Shown here: one piece after another, positions 14,570 to 27,789 of the stretch
How the letters are laid out: every line of letters starts with the position of its first letter
Position numbering within the stretch: position 1 is the stretch's first letter
NCBI RefSeq assembly: GCF_018977255.1
Contig: NW_024704742.1
Coordinates: forward strand, 117,864,001-117,928,000
Direction of reading: 5' to 3'
Source: Callorhinchus milii
Taxonomy: Eukaryota
DNA length: 64,000 nt
Position numbers and translations under genes: made by a program
The notes under the pieces: generated by a model
Database searches by the model: none
What the model saw: the letters and a program-made list of their open reading frames with translations, nothing else
What the model was told of the DNA's origin: nothing

Positions 14570-14901
14570 AAAAAGAGCAAATTATTTTGGGAGGATGTGT
14601 GAGAAGTGGGATCAGGGTTAGGACTTATTAGAACTGAATTACAGTGAATTACAATTGTGTTGCATATTCTGAATTGTTATATGTTGTACATTATGTTTCA
14701 CCCACAAAATTCACTTTGCAGTATATTCTGTTAAACGCTTTGAGACGTTTAGAAGACATGATAAGGTGCTATATCAAATACAAGGATTATTAGTATCAGC
14801 ACTGTAAATCACACTTGGACCGAGTTTGAAACTACGCCAATGGAACAAAGTGGACACAAGTGAAGTTGTGCTTTCCATATATGACAGAATGTATCCTATA
14901 G

Positions 14902-15971
14902 CAGGGTTTCTCAACCTGTGGGTCGCAACTCAAAATTAGGTTGCCAGAATGTGTCAGAAGGGTCGAGAACAAATTTTGAAAATGTTTGCATTTTATTTAA
15001 ATAATTGAGTGCAATAATAATCTTTGCATTTGATATAGCGCTTTTCACGTCGGGAGGACATCCCAAAGCGCTTCACAGAACACACTGTAAAGTGAATTGA
15101 CTGTACATTTGTGGGCGAACGCGGCAGCCAATTGCGCACAGCAATGTCCCACAAACAGTCGTAGATTGAAAATGACCAATTTATTATTGTTTGGGGTTTT
15201 GGAGGGATTATTATTAGGCGTGTGGAGTAAGGAAACTTGCTCAAGGTTTCGCCCTGCCTGGAATTGAACTCAGGTCTCTCACTTGCAAAGCGAGTGCTCT
15301 AACCACTGAGCTACAGGACTCCGCAATAGTGCTACACCACATGTTAACGCTGTGCATGAGCTTCTATTATAAGAACCCACATAAGAACCCACCGACAACA
15401 ACCAGCGGTTGTAAAGGACGGTCCGAAACTTGTCTTGACAGCGAAAGGCCATTCACTGAATTAATCCGAACAGCGCAGAGACTGTTGTGGAACATTGAGA
15501 ATTTCGAACCTGCGGTCCTTGCAGACGAAGTTCTGTAACAAAGTTATTTAAACAGCAGCAAATGCCAGCATTTAGCCATTCAAATGCAACGTTCCATCAT
15601 TTTACTGTAATCTTGCAGTGGGGAGTTTGGAGTGTTCTTTAGTCAGCGAAGTGAGTCTTGTAGTCAGTGAAATGGAGAAATGTTTAAACTCTCCTGTTGC
15701 AAGCAGCCGTGAATTACAATGGAAAATTCTTTTATACCAAACTTTTGATAAACTCATCAAAGAGAAGCAAGTTCAGGTTTCTCATTAAGTGGAACCTAGG
15801 ATTTAGACAATAAATACTTGGGTACTATATTTTTAATATTTGCTGCATTTAGTACTTATTATGCCAATGTGTATAGTATACATCATGGGTAAGAAATACT
15901 TAGTAAGCCAGATGTTTTTTGCACCAAACCTATTGACTAGGTCCTGCAACCCAAAAGGTTGAGGACCATTG
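14902..15971. mobile_element. hAT (Charlie-like) non-autonomous DNA transposon with a nested SINE
   Basis: TIRs CAGGGTTTCTCAACCT / AGGTTGAGGACCATTG (12/16 match); degenerate 8-bp TSD TCCTATAG / TAGTATAG. Confidence 0.65.
15011..15328 (-). mobile_element. Full-length tRNA-Ala-derived SINE with L2-type 3' tail and 6-bp TSD
   Basis: Head GGAGTCCTGTAGCTCAGTGGTTAGAGC...TTTGCAA...GAGTTCAATTCC (A/B boxes, TGC anticodon loop), (TTA)n tail, GCAATA repeated at 15011 and 15323. Confidence 0.88.
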
Positions 15972-16865
15972 TAGTATAGAACAAGCAGACAAACCATATC
16001 GATGTACTAATAATGTCCAATAATACACTATTCTGAATGACACATTGAAAGTAAATGGAAGTTCAGTATTGAGATAGAGGAAATCATTTCTCTGTAGCAA
16101 CTGGTCATATCCTCCATATGAATATATTGATGACAACGGGATCTATAGGGTAAAAGAGCACCACATGTAATTGAACATTTCAGAAATTGCTACAGCTACA
16201 GACAAGCGGCTCAAACCTACATATGAAGGAGGAACTGGAAAGAAAACATGGAAAAGACAACAGTGGAGATGTAATGAGAAAAATATATTTAAAAAAAAGG
16301 AGAATGCTGCAGGTAAATATACAAATGCATAATAAAAGTAATAAATATATGCAGTTACTTTCATTATAACCTGTGGTGCTAACAACAGATAAGTAGAAAA
16401 TGGCATAAATAAAAATACAATTTGCTCTGCAATGTTTTTGATGCCACAATGATTGTTTACTATTAAGTGTAACCGTACATGCTGCAGCAAACATGATTCC
16501 TGCAATAAAATTGTCACTATCTTCTGTTCACAGGTTTGTAAATGATTGGACAAGTGACATGTAGGAGGATCTGTCACTTGAATGTTCCTCTTAGAAGTGG
16601 TACCTGCAGAAGAGGTTCCACATGTCTTGATGGTCCTCTGAAAGACAACATCCAAAGTAGCTAGCAGGAGGGTTCTGGGTTTTGTACAAGTGTTATAAAG
16701 CGAATTGATTAGATCTGCTCCACCGCTGTTTGCAGATTTGCACCGTGCTATGAAAGGAAACCATGTCATTCGGGACGCTACCCCGCATGAAGGGCGTACA
16801 TCAATGCAAGTTGTTGTTGTCATTAAGTGTTTCCAGCCTGTAAACATTCAATGATGTAATTACAG

Positions 16866-17285
16866 CTTGAGTTTAAAATCCTTGTCCTTTTAAAGCCCTC
16901 CACGGTCATGCTTCTCCCTACCTCTGCAACCTGTTAACGCCTTACCAACCTGTCCACTCCCTCCACTCAGCAGGTACCGGCCTGATCCATGTCCACCGCC
17001 CTGGCTGCCATACCAATGGCAGTCATGTCTTGAGCTTTTCTGCCCCTATTCTCTGGAACTGCATCGCAGAATCCCTCCACCTCGCCCCCTACCTTGCCTC
17101 CTTCAAGGCCCGTCTCAAGACATTCCTCTTTTACCATGCATTCAACCATCTTACCAATCCCACCCTCCTACCCTCCACCCTCTTGATTCAAACCCCCAGC
17201 TCGGGTGCAAAACCTTAACTGGCCAGTGTCTTGGGGCATCCTTCCAATGTGAAAGGCGCTATATAAATGTGATTTGTTGTTGTTG
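16866..17285 (+). mobile_element. L2 LINE 3' fragment
   Basis: FSAPILWN...FKARLKTFLF followed by gtgaaaggcgctatataaat and (TTG)n. Confidence 0.8.
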
Positions 17286-19206
17286 TATGTGAGGAACAAA
17301 ATTTTGAATGTACTGATGTCTCAGTTGATTGCTCTTCTCAGTAGGCTTTAAGATTGGCAGTATATCTGGGTGGGGGGTGTGGGGCAGAGGGCCAGCATTT
17401 CATCTCATATGGCTGATGTATCTCCTGGTTCATTGTTGCAACAAGCATAGTATACTTCAGAGGTATTGTAGAGGGAACATCAAGTGACGAGTGAAGTGGC
17501 CTCTTGTCCTGGGCAATAATTCTCCAGTTAAATTGATGGCTGTTTGGGGACATTGGTGTGTGCTAATTGGCTGCCACATTCACCCATAAGTACCCAGTCA
17601 CAACACTTAACAAGTAATTAATGTGAAGCTCTTTGAGACATTTCACCATAAAGCTCTAAATCAAATACAAGGGTTATTATCTATTAATAAATGTTAATAA
17701 TCATGCATTCGGGTTAAGAGGTTATTTTGTGTTTGGTGGTTTCTCCTTTGTGAAGTTATTTGTCCATTTATGGTAATTCTCTGCAGTGTTTGGCACTTTT
17801 GACACTTTGCTGCCTGCTAATGTGTCCTTTTGTGTATGGTAAAATTGATTCAATGCCAAAGAAAGTAATCTGGATTGAATTGCTATCTCAAAGTAAACTC
17901 ATTTTCAGTAGCATATTAACCCATATTCTAGCCTTCAGCAGTATACAGTTGATGTCCCTTTCATTAGGGATAGGACAAGTACATTTGCACCTGCTTGTTC
18001 AGATGGTATGTTCAGATGGTAACTTTTAATTGGCTTTCTTAACCTCCCCTGGCAGTGTTAAAATATGTGTAGTAGAATTTGGTGCATTCCTAGCTGTGTA
18101 GTGAATGTTATATAATTACTGTCCTAGAACTGTTAAAGTGCCGTAATGCCCAGCTGTCCACAAATCATTGCAGATCTTCAGGATTATAATTCATATTGAT
18201 TTTTTAAACACATCTAAGATTGAAAAGAATGTATTTTTAATTTTTCATTACTTTGTTGATCATGAAAGTGGAAGACATTTTCATTAAAAATATGTAAAGC
18301 CTATCAAACAGTATCTCTTTGGTGTGTTTGCTGATTATTGATAATCCTCTTGTGGCAATTTGCATGATAAAGAAGTCAATCAGGATCAGTGTTGGATTTA
18401 ATACCAATGTTTCTACCTGTGTTTTGTAATAAGCTGAATAAGACAAATGGAAAATAACTCATAAAATTTCCAAGCAATGAAATTTGTATATAGCTCTATT
18501 TTTCACAGACGTATCAGATTATGGTGATTTTCACACAAAATAATAAGTGTTATAGATTGTTGGGTCTAGGTTGCTCTGTTGTCTTTTGTTATGCTTTTGA
18601 AAGATATACAATACAAAATTACATTTGTATAGTGCCTTTCACGTCAGGCGGACATCCTAAGATATACAATATATAGAGAATGTAAAGTTTAGAATTTGAA
18701 TGTGCAGAATAGGTTACACTGACCTATTAGAGTCAGTGTAGCCTATTATGCTTATTAAATGTACTGTCATTTTTAAAAATTGCAGATTTATAAATTTAAG
18801 CATTTAATTTGAATTGTAATGTTTTTCTCAGGTAAATAATTTGAAATAATGACATGGAGATTATCTGTGCATTTGTCTTTGTGTATGTACCAGAAACATA
18901 CTGCATATAATGCTATTGTGTTGTTGTCTTGTGACTGGACATTTGAAAGTTTAAAAAAAATTGCATTTAGTTGTTCGTGCTTAAATTTTCACACCAGAAT
19001 ACTTTCAAATTTTGTTTTATTTTCTGAAGATCTCATATCCTCAGCAAGTCAAGGTCAGTTATCAACATTCATTTTTTGGGACAACATTGTGATTTCATTT
19101 AAATGGTTTTACAATTTCATATCTCTGGTTACACATCTGCTATGCATGTACCTTTCCATATCAGAAAATAACATTTGTATTTTAACTCTGAGGATTTCAC
19201 ATTATC

Positions 19207-19212
19207 ATTAAA
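19207..19212 (+). terminator. Candidate distal poly(A) signal of PDE8B
   Basis: ATTAAA followed by a U/GU-rich tract, at the end of an AT-rich UTR-like stretch. Confidence 0.35.
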
Positions 19213-19297
19213 ATATTTTACAAATGTACAAGAAATTTTTCTTTTGTGATTTTTTTTGAAAAATCAAAATGGAAAATACTTCATCACGTATGTTATA

Positions 19298-19303
19298 TTT
19301 ATT
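19298..19303 (-). terminator. Candidate poly(A) signal of WDR41
   Basis: AATAAA on the - strand followed by a U-rich downstream element (ttttccattttgattttt). Confidence 0.45.
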
Positions 19304-20720
19304 CATCTATACACACACATGCATAAAGGTTTTCAGTCATGAATTTTTAGTGGCATTTTTCTGGCAAGGGCATTATCAGCCCAATTACAGAACAATTCCT
19401 GTAAAAGAAGTTGAATAGACAACTGGCATTGTTTAAACAGATGTAACAAGGTTTATACCCTTCAAGGTACGACTGCATTCACTCACAAAACAGTCACTGC
19501 ACTTTACTAGTGACTATCGTCTTTGGTGAGGGGACGTCAGCGAGGTCTCCTTGGTGCTCAACTGGCTCCAAAGTGACATGTTAGGCAATCGAATGACAGA
19601 ATTAAGATCTTCTGCGGCAGTCCAGTTCCTGAGCCAGAAACATATCCACAGTACTCCAGAACACTCTTGACGACAGTACAGCCTACCTCATCAACAGGAC
19701 TTGGAAGGGCAGACTAGTTACTGGGGGCAGGGATTCTCCCCTTCAGCTCTTGCTAATCCTGCAAGCCAAAGCCTTAACAGGAAGGGTGGTCCTAGCTGAA
19801 TAAGCAACTCACCAGATAGCTTTGCATTGAAAGGACTATGTGGTTTTAGCTGGTTAGACTCCAGCAGTACCCCAAAGCACACTCTGGGTCCCCAAGCCTT
19901 GGCTTTGACAACTGGGCAAAATGTTGGGCAAGTTTCCTTACTCCACACGCCTGTTCACCTTGCAGTATGTAGGAACTGAATTGTTGGCGGATCACTTTCT
20001 GGGGTAAAAATGTCTTCAAAAAAATAAATTGGTCAATCAATCCATGACTGTGTGTGGGACACTACTGTGCGCAATTTGCTACCGGGTTTCCCCCACAAAA
20101 TATACAGTCAATCCAATTTACAATATATTCTGTGAAGCGCTTTGAGACGTGTCGAAGAAGTGATAAGGCACTACATCAAATGCAAGGATTATTAGTATTA
20201 TAACCTTCACCTAATACTCCCCGGAATTAGATAAGCAGAATGCAGGTAGAGAGTGTGGATTCCCTTACAATAAATACATTATTTCGATGCATAGATGGGA
20301 TTCTGTATGGATTGGATACTCTTCAGCATGCGTCAAGACAACAGGCTGACCAAAAAACACACTTCAGTCTAATCTAATGTCAAATGTATCTGGGCATAAG
20401 CACCACTTAAGGTTCCACTGTTCACTTGGTAATTGCTCCATTAAAAAAAGTTATACATCATGCTGCATCTGAAATGTCTATCGTGATTGTGTGTAAATTT
20501 GGTCAAATATACCAATTTGCACAAAACTTTGTAGCTTTCAAATTAAGACTGAATTTAAGAATTTTCCAAAATTCCATATAAGGTTAAAATTTAAAAAACA
20601 ATGGCTTTAAAGTCAAGAGCTTGGTTGTTTTTGGTCTGTGATTGGCAAGTACAAAATGCTGAGTTGCGAACACTCATTGCCATCCTTCTACCCAGAATCA
20701 GACACCGATTTCTTTCCAAT

Positions 20721-20946
20721 TAGAAATAATTCCACCTGGGTCTAGATTTTACTCTTGTAAACAAAGCAATTTAGGGCATGCAAAATTTGGCAAATATTTG
20801 AATTCAGGTTTAACTTTGAAGCTGGTTTTCTGTACTTCTTAAAAGAAATTACAGAAAATAGCTTCAAAATTAAGACTGTTTTGACAAATTCTGGAGTCTC
20901 TGAAATGCTAACAGCGTAAATCCACACCCAGGAGGAATGTCTACCC
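20721..20946. repeat. Second copy of the palindromic ~230-bp element
   Basis: Homologous to 1916-2144; inverted ends and inverted internal arms. Confidence 0.65.
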
Positions 20947-21587
20947 ACCTCAAGATAAACAGTTTACCAAATGTCTTGCTTTACCTAGCTTGAAACCTTT
21001 CAAAAAGATGGAATACCTTCAATACCTTTGCATTTACATAGTGCCCGTCTCGTGAGGTAGTGTCGGAGGACTTCATTTCATAATTAATATATTAAATATT
21101 CAAATACATGCTTTAGAAATTAAGGGCACCTCACAGACAGTACTGAGGTATTATCTGGAATCTTATCATTTAAATATAAAATAAGTTTCCAATTTATATA
21201 AATCATGAGCATATAGATTATTACTACAGTCACTATACCATGATGATTTTACTCCATAAATTTAATAGATTTGCAAAAATGCAAGGATTATTATAGAATG
21301 TACAATTCTTCACAGATCATAAGTGTAAACAAATGTATTCAGATGGCAAAAAAATGTTTGCAATGTAAACGTACTATATACCCAGACAGAAGTTGTAGTC
21401 AACACCTTGTAGAAAAGTTACTTGGAATGGTATGCTTTTTAAACACACTGTTGGTAAGACCCCTTTTTAAAAAAGGAAACTTCTTTTAAACAGAGACATC
21501 ATGTAACATTTCCTGCAGCGCTTTTCATTCAGTGTTTTAGGGTGCCATGCAACTTTCATTTTATAGCCTGTACAATTACCCCCCAAA

Positions 21588-21734
21588 TTAAGGTTCATAT
21601 TGTTCATCCTGTTCTAATATTTGCAATAATTTCTTGCTTCGCAACCGTGATTCCCTCTCTCCATCCTTCCACAAAATAATCAGATGGTCAGTGGAACATG
21701 TTACCATTCCATGGTCTTCAAAGTATAGAAACAT
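21588..21734 (-). CDS. WDR41: WDR41 last coding exon (MFLYFEDHGMVTCSTDHLIILWKDGERESRLRS...QYEP*)
   Basis: ttcag acceptor; TAA stop at 21590-21588. Confidence 0.95.
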   Translation of the reverse strand: MFLYFEDHGMVTCSTDHLIILWKDGERESRLRSKKLLQILEQDEQYEP

Positions 21735-21827
21735 CTGAAAATGAACAGAAATGTATTGAAATTTCATGGAACAAATACTCCCAACAACAATCCACTGCCA
21801 AACATTTTTATTTAATGCATTTCTAAA

Positions 21828-22690
21828 AAATTGCATTTATATAGCAGCCTTCACGTGGGGCAACATCTCGGAGCATTTAACAATGGCTTAGTTTGGCCCC
21901 CAAGCTGTGGAGAATGGGGAGGTGACTGTAGGCATAGTTGAAAGAGGAAAGTCTTTAGGTGTGATCTGAAGATGAGCGAAGAGGGGGCAAGGCAGAGTGA
22001 TCGAGGCAGAAAGTTCCAGAGTATCAGGGTGAAGTGGTTGAAAGCATAGCTGCCGATAGTGAAGCGAATAGTCAAGAGATGTGCAGAATGCCCAAGCTAG
22101 CAAAGCATTGGGCTGTGAGTGGCATGTGAGCAGGTCAGAGAGGAAGGGAGTTGCCAGGGCATGAAGTGATTTGTAGGTGAATGTGAGAATCTTGGAATCT
22201 GTCAATTCTGCACCAGTGGAGCCTGGCAAGGCCTGGAGTGATGAGGTATGGAGTTTGGTGCAGGAGAGGATATGGCCAGTGGAGTTTTAAACAGTCGCAC
22301 AAGTAGATTTCAGCATATTTACAACAACAACTTGCACTTATATAGCGCCCTCCATGCAGGGTAGCATCTCACGAGGACTTAACAGTGGCGGAGCCTGACT
22401 TCGACCCGGTGGGAGTGGGGAGGTGCCTATAAGCACGGTCAAAGAGGAAAGTTTTCAGGTGGGACTTGAAAGAGGGATTGAGGGAGTGTTCCAGAGATTT
22501 GGGGCATAGTGGCTGAAAGTGCAACCTCCGATTGTGGGGCGGAGGGCGTGAGGGACGAGCAGGAGGCCTGTGTCTGTCGAGCGGAGGCGCTGGATGATGG
22601 ATTGGGGAATGAGGAGGTCGGAGAGGTAGGGAGGTGCCAGGGAGTGAATGGATTCGAATACGAGTTCTTGAAGATCCTGATATTTAGAGC
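21828..22690 (-). mobile_element. Two L2 3' fragments in the last WDR41 intron
   Basis: KILTFTYKSLH and SHYAPNLWN peptides; L2 tails near 21830 and 22321. Confidence 0.78.
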
Positions 22691-23150
22691 ATTTGGTACA
22701 ACATGGTACATTGCTTACCTGAGGCTCATAATAGAGAACAAGCCTCTCCATAAATGTGCTGGAAACCGACTGAATAATGATACCTGAAACTCTGCCTAGG
22801 ATGACTGGTCCTATTGACATACACACACATGCACATTAACTACAATGACAACATGCTTTCCCAGTTAAGTTATCGATCCCATCACAACTATAAAAGCTAT
22901 TATATTTACAATAAAATACAGACCCATTTAAACTTAAAATAAAAAAAACTTATTATTGTTCTGTAGAGAACACATTACTCCTACATCAATTGTACTGTAA
23001 TGAGGTTGACATTCTAATTTAACTATGCAAATCACCATAATTACTTTGTTCAAGATGTGTTACAACTGGCACACCAAATTCTCTAAAGACACAGCATAGG
23101 TAATAACGTATTACAAAAGAATAATGCCCACACACTGCATTATTACTCAC

Positions 23151-23284
23151 CCTCACTGCACCTGAATGACCAATCAGATCACCAATTAGCTCCAGTGTTT
23201 TCAACACAGAACATTCCAGCTTGTGTTTTGCCATCTGGCTTTGCTGTTTATTTGTTCTGCCAATCCCCAACATACTGAACAGTC
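23151..23284 (-). CDS. WDR41: WDR41 coding exon 12 (LFSMLGIGR...LELIGDLIGHSGAVR)
   Basis: tttag acceptor, gtgag donor, 134 nt. Confidence 0.93.
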
Positions 23285-25518
23285 CTAAAAACAAATATAC
23301 ACATGTACCCATAAAGTCATTACTTGATGCTAATATTTTTTTAAAAATCAATGAGCTCATTATAAGCACTGAACATTTCTCATGAACAAACCTGCAATCA
23401 GAGTAAGAGAACAATTAGCTAAAATGTTAATTCGAAAGTTTAACCAGAATTAGGATGCCAGTTTAAGATAAACAGTTGCTGCTTGCCCCATTCTCACACG
23501 GTTTTGTGGTTCGTGGCAAGTGCCTGAAAAAATGTACAAGTGGGAAAGTACATGGGCTATGTAATACTCCAAGAATTAATTTGTAAGATAAATCTTGCTA
23601 TTGTCATTCTCAGTAAAACACTGCTGCAGAATAAGCAAATGGTGAAATTAAGGGAGAGTGGGGGGGTAAAATCCTTGCTGGGAAGCACAGAGTGCAACAC
23701 CACAGAAGGCGTACCAAAATAAATCTCATTCATACTTCTGGAGTCCGAACAGTCAGTACTGCTTGTACTGATGCTATAAGGATTGCACTAGCCTCCGTCC
23801 TTGGTAGATCTTTCAATGGACACTTAGTTCAAGGATGCTCATGCAGTAGAGCAGAGAATGTCTATAACAAATAATAATCCTTGCATTTGATACATCTTAT
23901 CACGTCTTCAAGATGTCTCAAAACACTTCACAGAATATAATGTGAAGTGAATAGATTGCATATTTTACGGGCATCTCTTTCCTGAACCTGTAAGTTTGCT
24001 TATGGCAAGATGATAAAAGTGGGGAATGCAATCCATTAACCATACGAATATTGCAGCCAAAGATGTGAAGGAGGCACCGAAATTGGTCTGTAAAGGGGCT
24101 AAACCTCCATGAGCATCTAGCTCACATTAGTGAAATTGTAAATAGAAAAGGATGACTACTTTCTGATGTAGTTATTCAGGAATATGCCATTCAGCCTGTC
24201 AATCCTGCTTCACCATACACTTAGATCATGGCTTAATCGTGTAAACCAAGCCCATTTGTCTTCCTTTTCTCCATTATCCCTGATACCCTTTACCAGCTAT
24301 TTACCTACTTCCCTCTGAAACATTACCAACTCTGCATTAGCAGTCCTTTGAAGAAGTGAATTCCATAACCCCCAAACTCTGAGTAAAGAAATGTCTCTTG
24401 ATAATAATGATATAATAATAATAATGATTTCACTGACTAGCTCACATTTTTAGATTATAATAATAACTGCATTTTATATAGTGCCGTATCACTTCGTTGA
24501 AAAGTACTTCGCAGGATACACTGCAAAGTGAATTGACTGTATATGTTCTGAGTGATTATTATGGTCTCTTGGTCCAAATTCTGCAACCATAGGAAAGAGT
24601 CTTTCCTTATCCACTGTCAATTCTCTTTACTACCTTAAGCACCCCAATCAGATTACTGCTCATCCTCTGGGCAAGGTGGCCATCTCAGACTCTGGGATGA
24701 ATATTTTGTAATAAGAAAAATCTTCTTAGAAACGATTTTAAGGTCACAGGAATTAAGAAACTCAAAAGGCAAATATCTGAAATTGTGAAACAATTTGAAT
24801 GTTAGATCCCAAGGAAGAGGAGATCTAAAACAATTAAGTTTACAGATCAATTTCATGAAGCATGAAATTGGAGAATGACCTCCAAGGAAATGAAGAAAAA
24901 TCATGCAATACTGAAACAGCTGCTGTATATGAATATAGCTTATTCAAAATCAGATAAAATACCACAGAGCTGGATAAAGTGAATGTGAGATGCACCATGA
25001 GATGGGCAAACCTTTTCCAGCTAATATTATGAGCTTTATCTGCAGATGGCTTGGCTTTGTTTAGCCTAACATTCTCTTCTCTGTAGCCAGGCTATTCAAC
25101 AGAAAACTGGCTGGGTTTTAGAGAATTTCATTGGAAATTCATATTGACATTCGTGAGTGAGCTTTCCTGCATGGAAGGAGTCATGTCAAACATTACTTTA
25201 TTCAATGATTCTGAATAACTCTGCTTCTAAGGATAATTATCAGAATTACAGTAAATGTGTTTGCTTTGTTTTCCTCAAAAACTGGGGAGACCTAGGCAAA
25301 GGAGAAACATCTGTACAGGAACACAAGTTTCCACAAGATTTCATGGCATTATTTGAAAAGAGAAGAATTTCTCCCAGTGTCCTGACTAATACAGCAAATA
25401 AAATTGGTCATTTACTTAATTTACTTCATGGCTATTGGCTGCCACATCCACCCATAAAACACAAAGTCACTCTACAATATATCCTGTGAAGCACTTTGGG
25501 ACGTCCTTCCAAAAAAAA

Positions 25519-26780
25519 AACAACTTGTACTTATATAGTGCCCTCCACGAGGGTAGTGTCGTTGAGCATTTAACAATGGCAGAGCCTGACTCCGAGCTGG
25601 GGGAGGTGGGTGGGGAGGTGGCTCTAAGCAGTCGAACAGGAAAGTCTTCAGGCGAGACTTGAAAGAAGGGAGAGAGGGGAAAGGTGAAGGGATTGAAGGA
25701 GTGTTCCAGAGTTTTGGCGCGTAGTAGCTGAAAGCACGACTTCCAATGGTGGGGCGGAGTGTGCAAGGGTCGAGCAGGAGGCCGGTGCCAGTTGAGCTGG
25801 GTGGTGGATTGGGGAGTGAAGAGGTCAAGAGAGGTGCAAGGGAGTGAATGGATTTGAACACGAGAGTGAGGATCTTGAAGTCAATCCGTTCAGTGATGGG
25901 GAGCCAGCGGAGCCTGGTCAGAATTGGTGAGATGTGGGTAGAGTTTGGTTTGGGTCAGTATGTGGGCGGCAGAGTTTTGAATGAGCTGGATCTTGTGAAT
26001 GGTGGAACTGGGGAGACCAGCGAGAAGTGCATTGGAGTAATCCAAGTATGAGGTGACAAACACAAGCACAAGGCTTTTGGCTGCATTTGGGGTAAGGTAT
26101 GATCGGTGGAAGACAATGTGCCGTAGGTGGAAGAAAGTGGTCCTGTTCAGGCACCGGAGGTGGGGGAGGAAGGACAGTTGGGGGTCGAACCGGACCCCTA
26201 GGTTGCACACTGGTTCGGTGAGTATGAGGGAGAGTCCAGGGAGGATGAGGAGTTTAGATCTGCAGGAGTGAAGACGTTGAGTGGAGTCAAAATGTATGGC
26301 TTCCGTCTTGCCCATATTCAGCTGCAGGAAGTTTACACTCATCCAGGCCTTGATGTCTCCCAGACAAGCTGATAGAACATCAGTGAACCTGGAGTTGGTA
26401 CTGGAGGAGGCAAAGTAGAGTTGTGTTTCATCCGCATAGTTTACCTGGTGTCTGCAGATAACATCGCCCAATGGGAGCATACAGATAAGGAAAAGAGGGC
26501 CAAGGATGGAGCCCTGGGGTACCCCGCAGGTGACGGCACATCGTCCTCCACCGACCATACCTTACCCCAAATGCAGCCAAAAGCCTTGTGCTTGTGTTTG
26601 TCACCTTATACTTGGATACAGTTTACCTGGTGTCTGCAGATAACATCGCCCAATGGGAGCATACAGATAAGGAAAAGAGGGCCAAGGATGGAGCCCTGGG
26701 GTACCCCGCAGGTGACTGGGCGGGAGGAGAAACCATTTGCTGAGATGAAATGGAGGCGGTTGGTTAAGTAGGACTCGAAA
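25519..26780 (-). mobile_element. L2 LINE fragment with RT domain, internally rearranged
   Basis: [11 protein letters not shown] and YADETQLY RT motifs; L2 tail. Confidence 0.88.
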
Positions 26781-27789
26781 GGCACTAGACCAAATGTAAA
26801 GAATTATTATTATTATTATTGTAAGGTCACAGAATGACAGTGAGAGATGCCCATGGTTTCACCCTGCCGGGAATCAAACCTAGGTCTCTCACTTGTGAGA
26901 CGATTGCTCTAACCACTGAGCTACAGGACTCCAAAACTATCAGTGTTATTTTACATTACTTCAAAACACAAATTCACATTCGAACTGTAGCACAAAGTTT
27001 TGAGTTAAAAGAAAACACACAATCTATTCACTGCTGTTTGTAATCCTTCCTACTTTTTAAAAGTAGCTTTCGCATAAACAATGACCATATTCAACACTAT
27101 TTTTATTTACAAAAAAGGAAATTAAAAACAAGAAAAACCATTCGGTTCATCAAGCTCAGTTCTTTCCAAGTCATTCCCTACAACCTAACAGAATCTCCTT
27201 TCTGACATTTTCCTTAATATTTTTACTCCCCAATATGTATCCATCTCTCTGCTAAGCCCTTGATAATATTTAGCTTTACATCGCCGGCTTTTGTGGCATG
27301 CATTCCAGCTTGTTATTATTCAGGCAGGAAGAAATTCTTCCTCATTTAGATCCTAATTTTAAGGTCATGTCCTTTTGTAACGCATGGATCCAAAAGTCAC
27401 TCATTGGTTATTTGTTTTAGCCCTTTCATAAATCTAAATACTTTGATAATATCACTTTTCAGCCGCAGAATATATATTATCAACCTATCCAGCTTTTCTT
27501 TAAAGTTTACCCTGCCCGCCCCCCTGACTGACATTATTCTCATAAACCGATAATGCACTCCCTGCAAAGCCAATGTATCCTTCCAAACTTCCAGTACTAC
27601 AATCCAATTACTCTTAATCTATTTTTTTCTTTTATACAAAAAAACTAGAAACAATTAAGACAAATTGCATCCAATGTTATAAAAATCTACAATTTACCTA
27701 AAGATATTAATACAATACAAAATTATGGTTGTATAGAGCCTTTCAGGTCAGGAGGACGTCCCAAGGCACTGATGTAAAGTTGCACTAAC

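Noticed and set aside
16143..16847. 234-aa ORF on the - strand
   Set aside because: Low-complexity F/L/Y-rich translation of AT-rich DNA with no recognisable domain.
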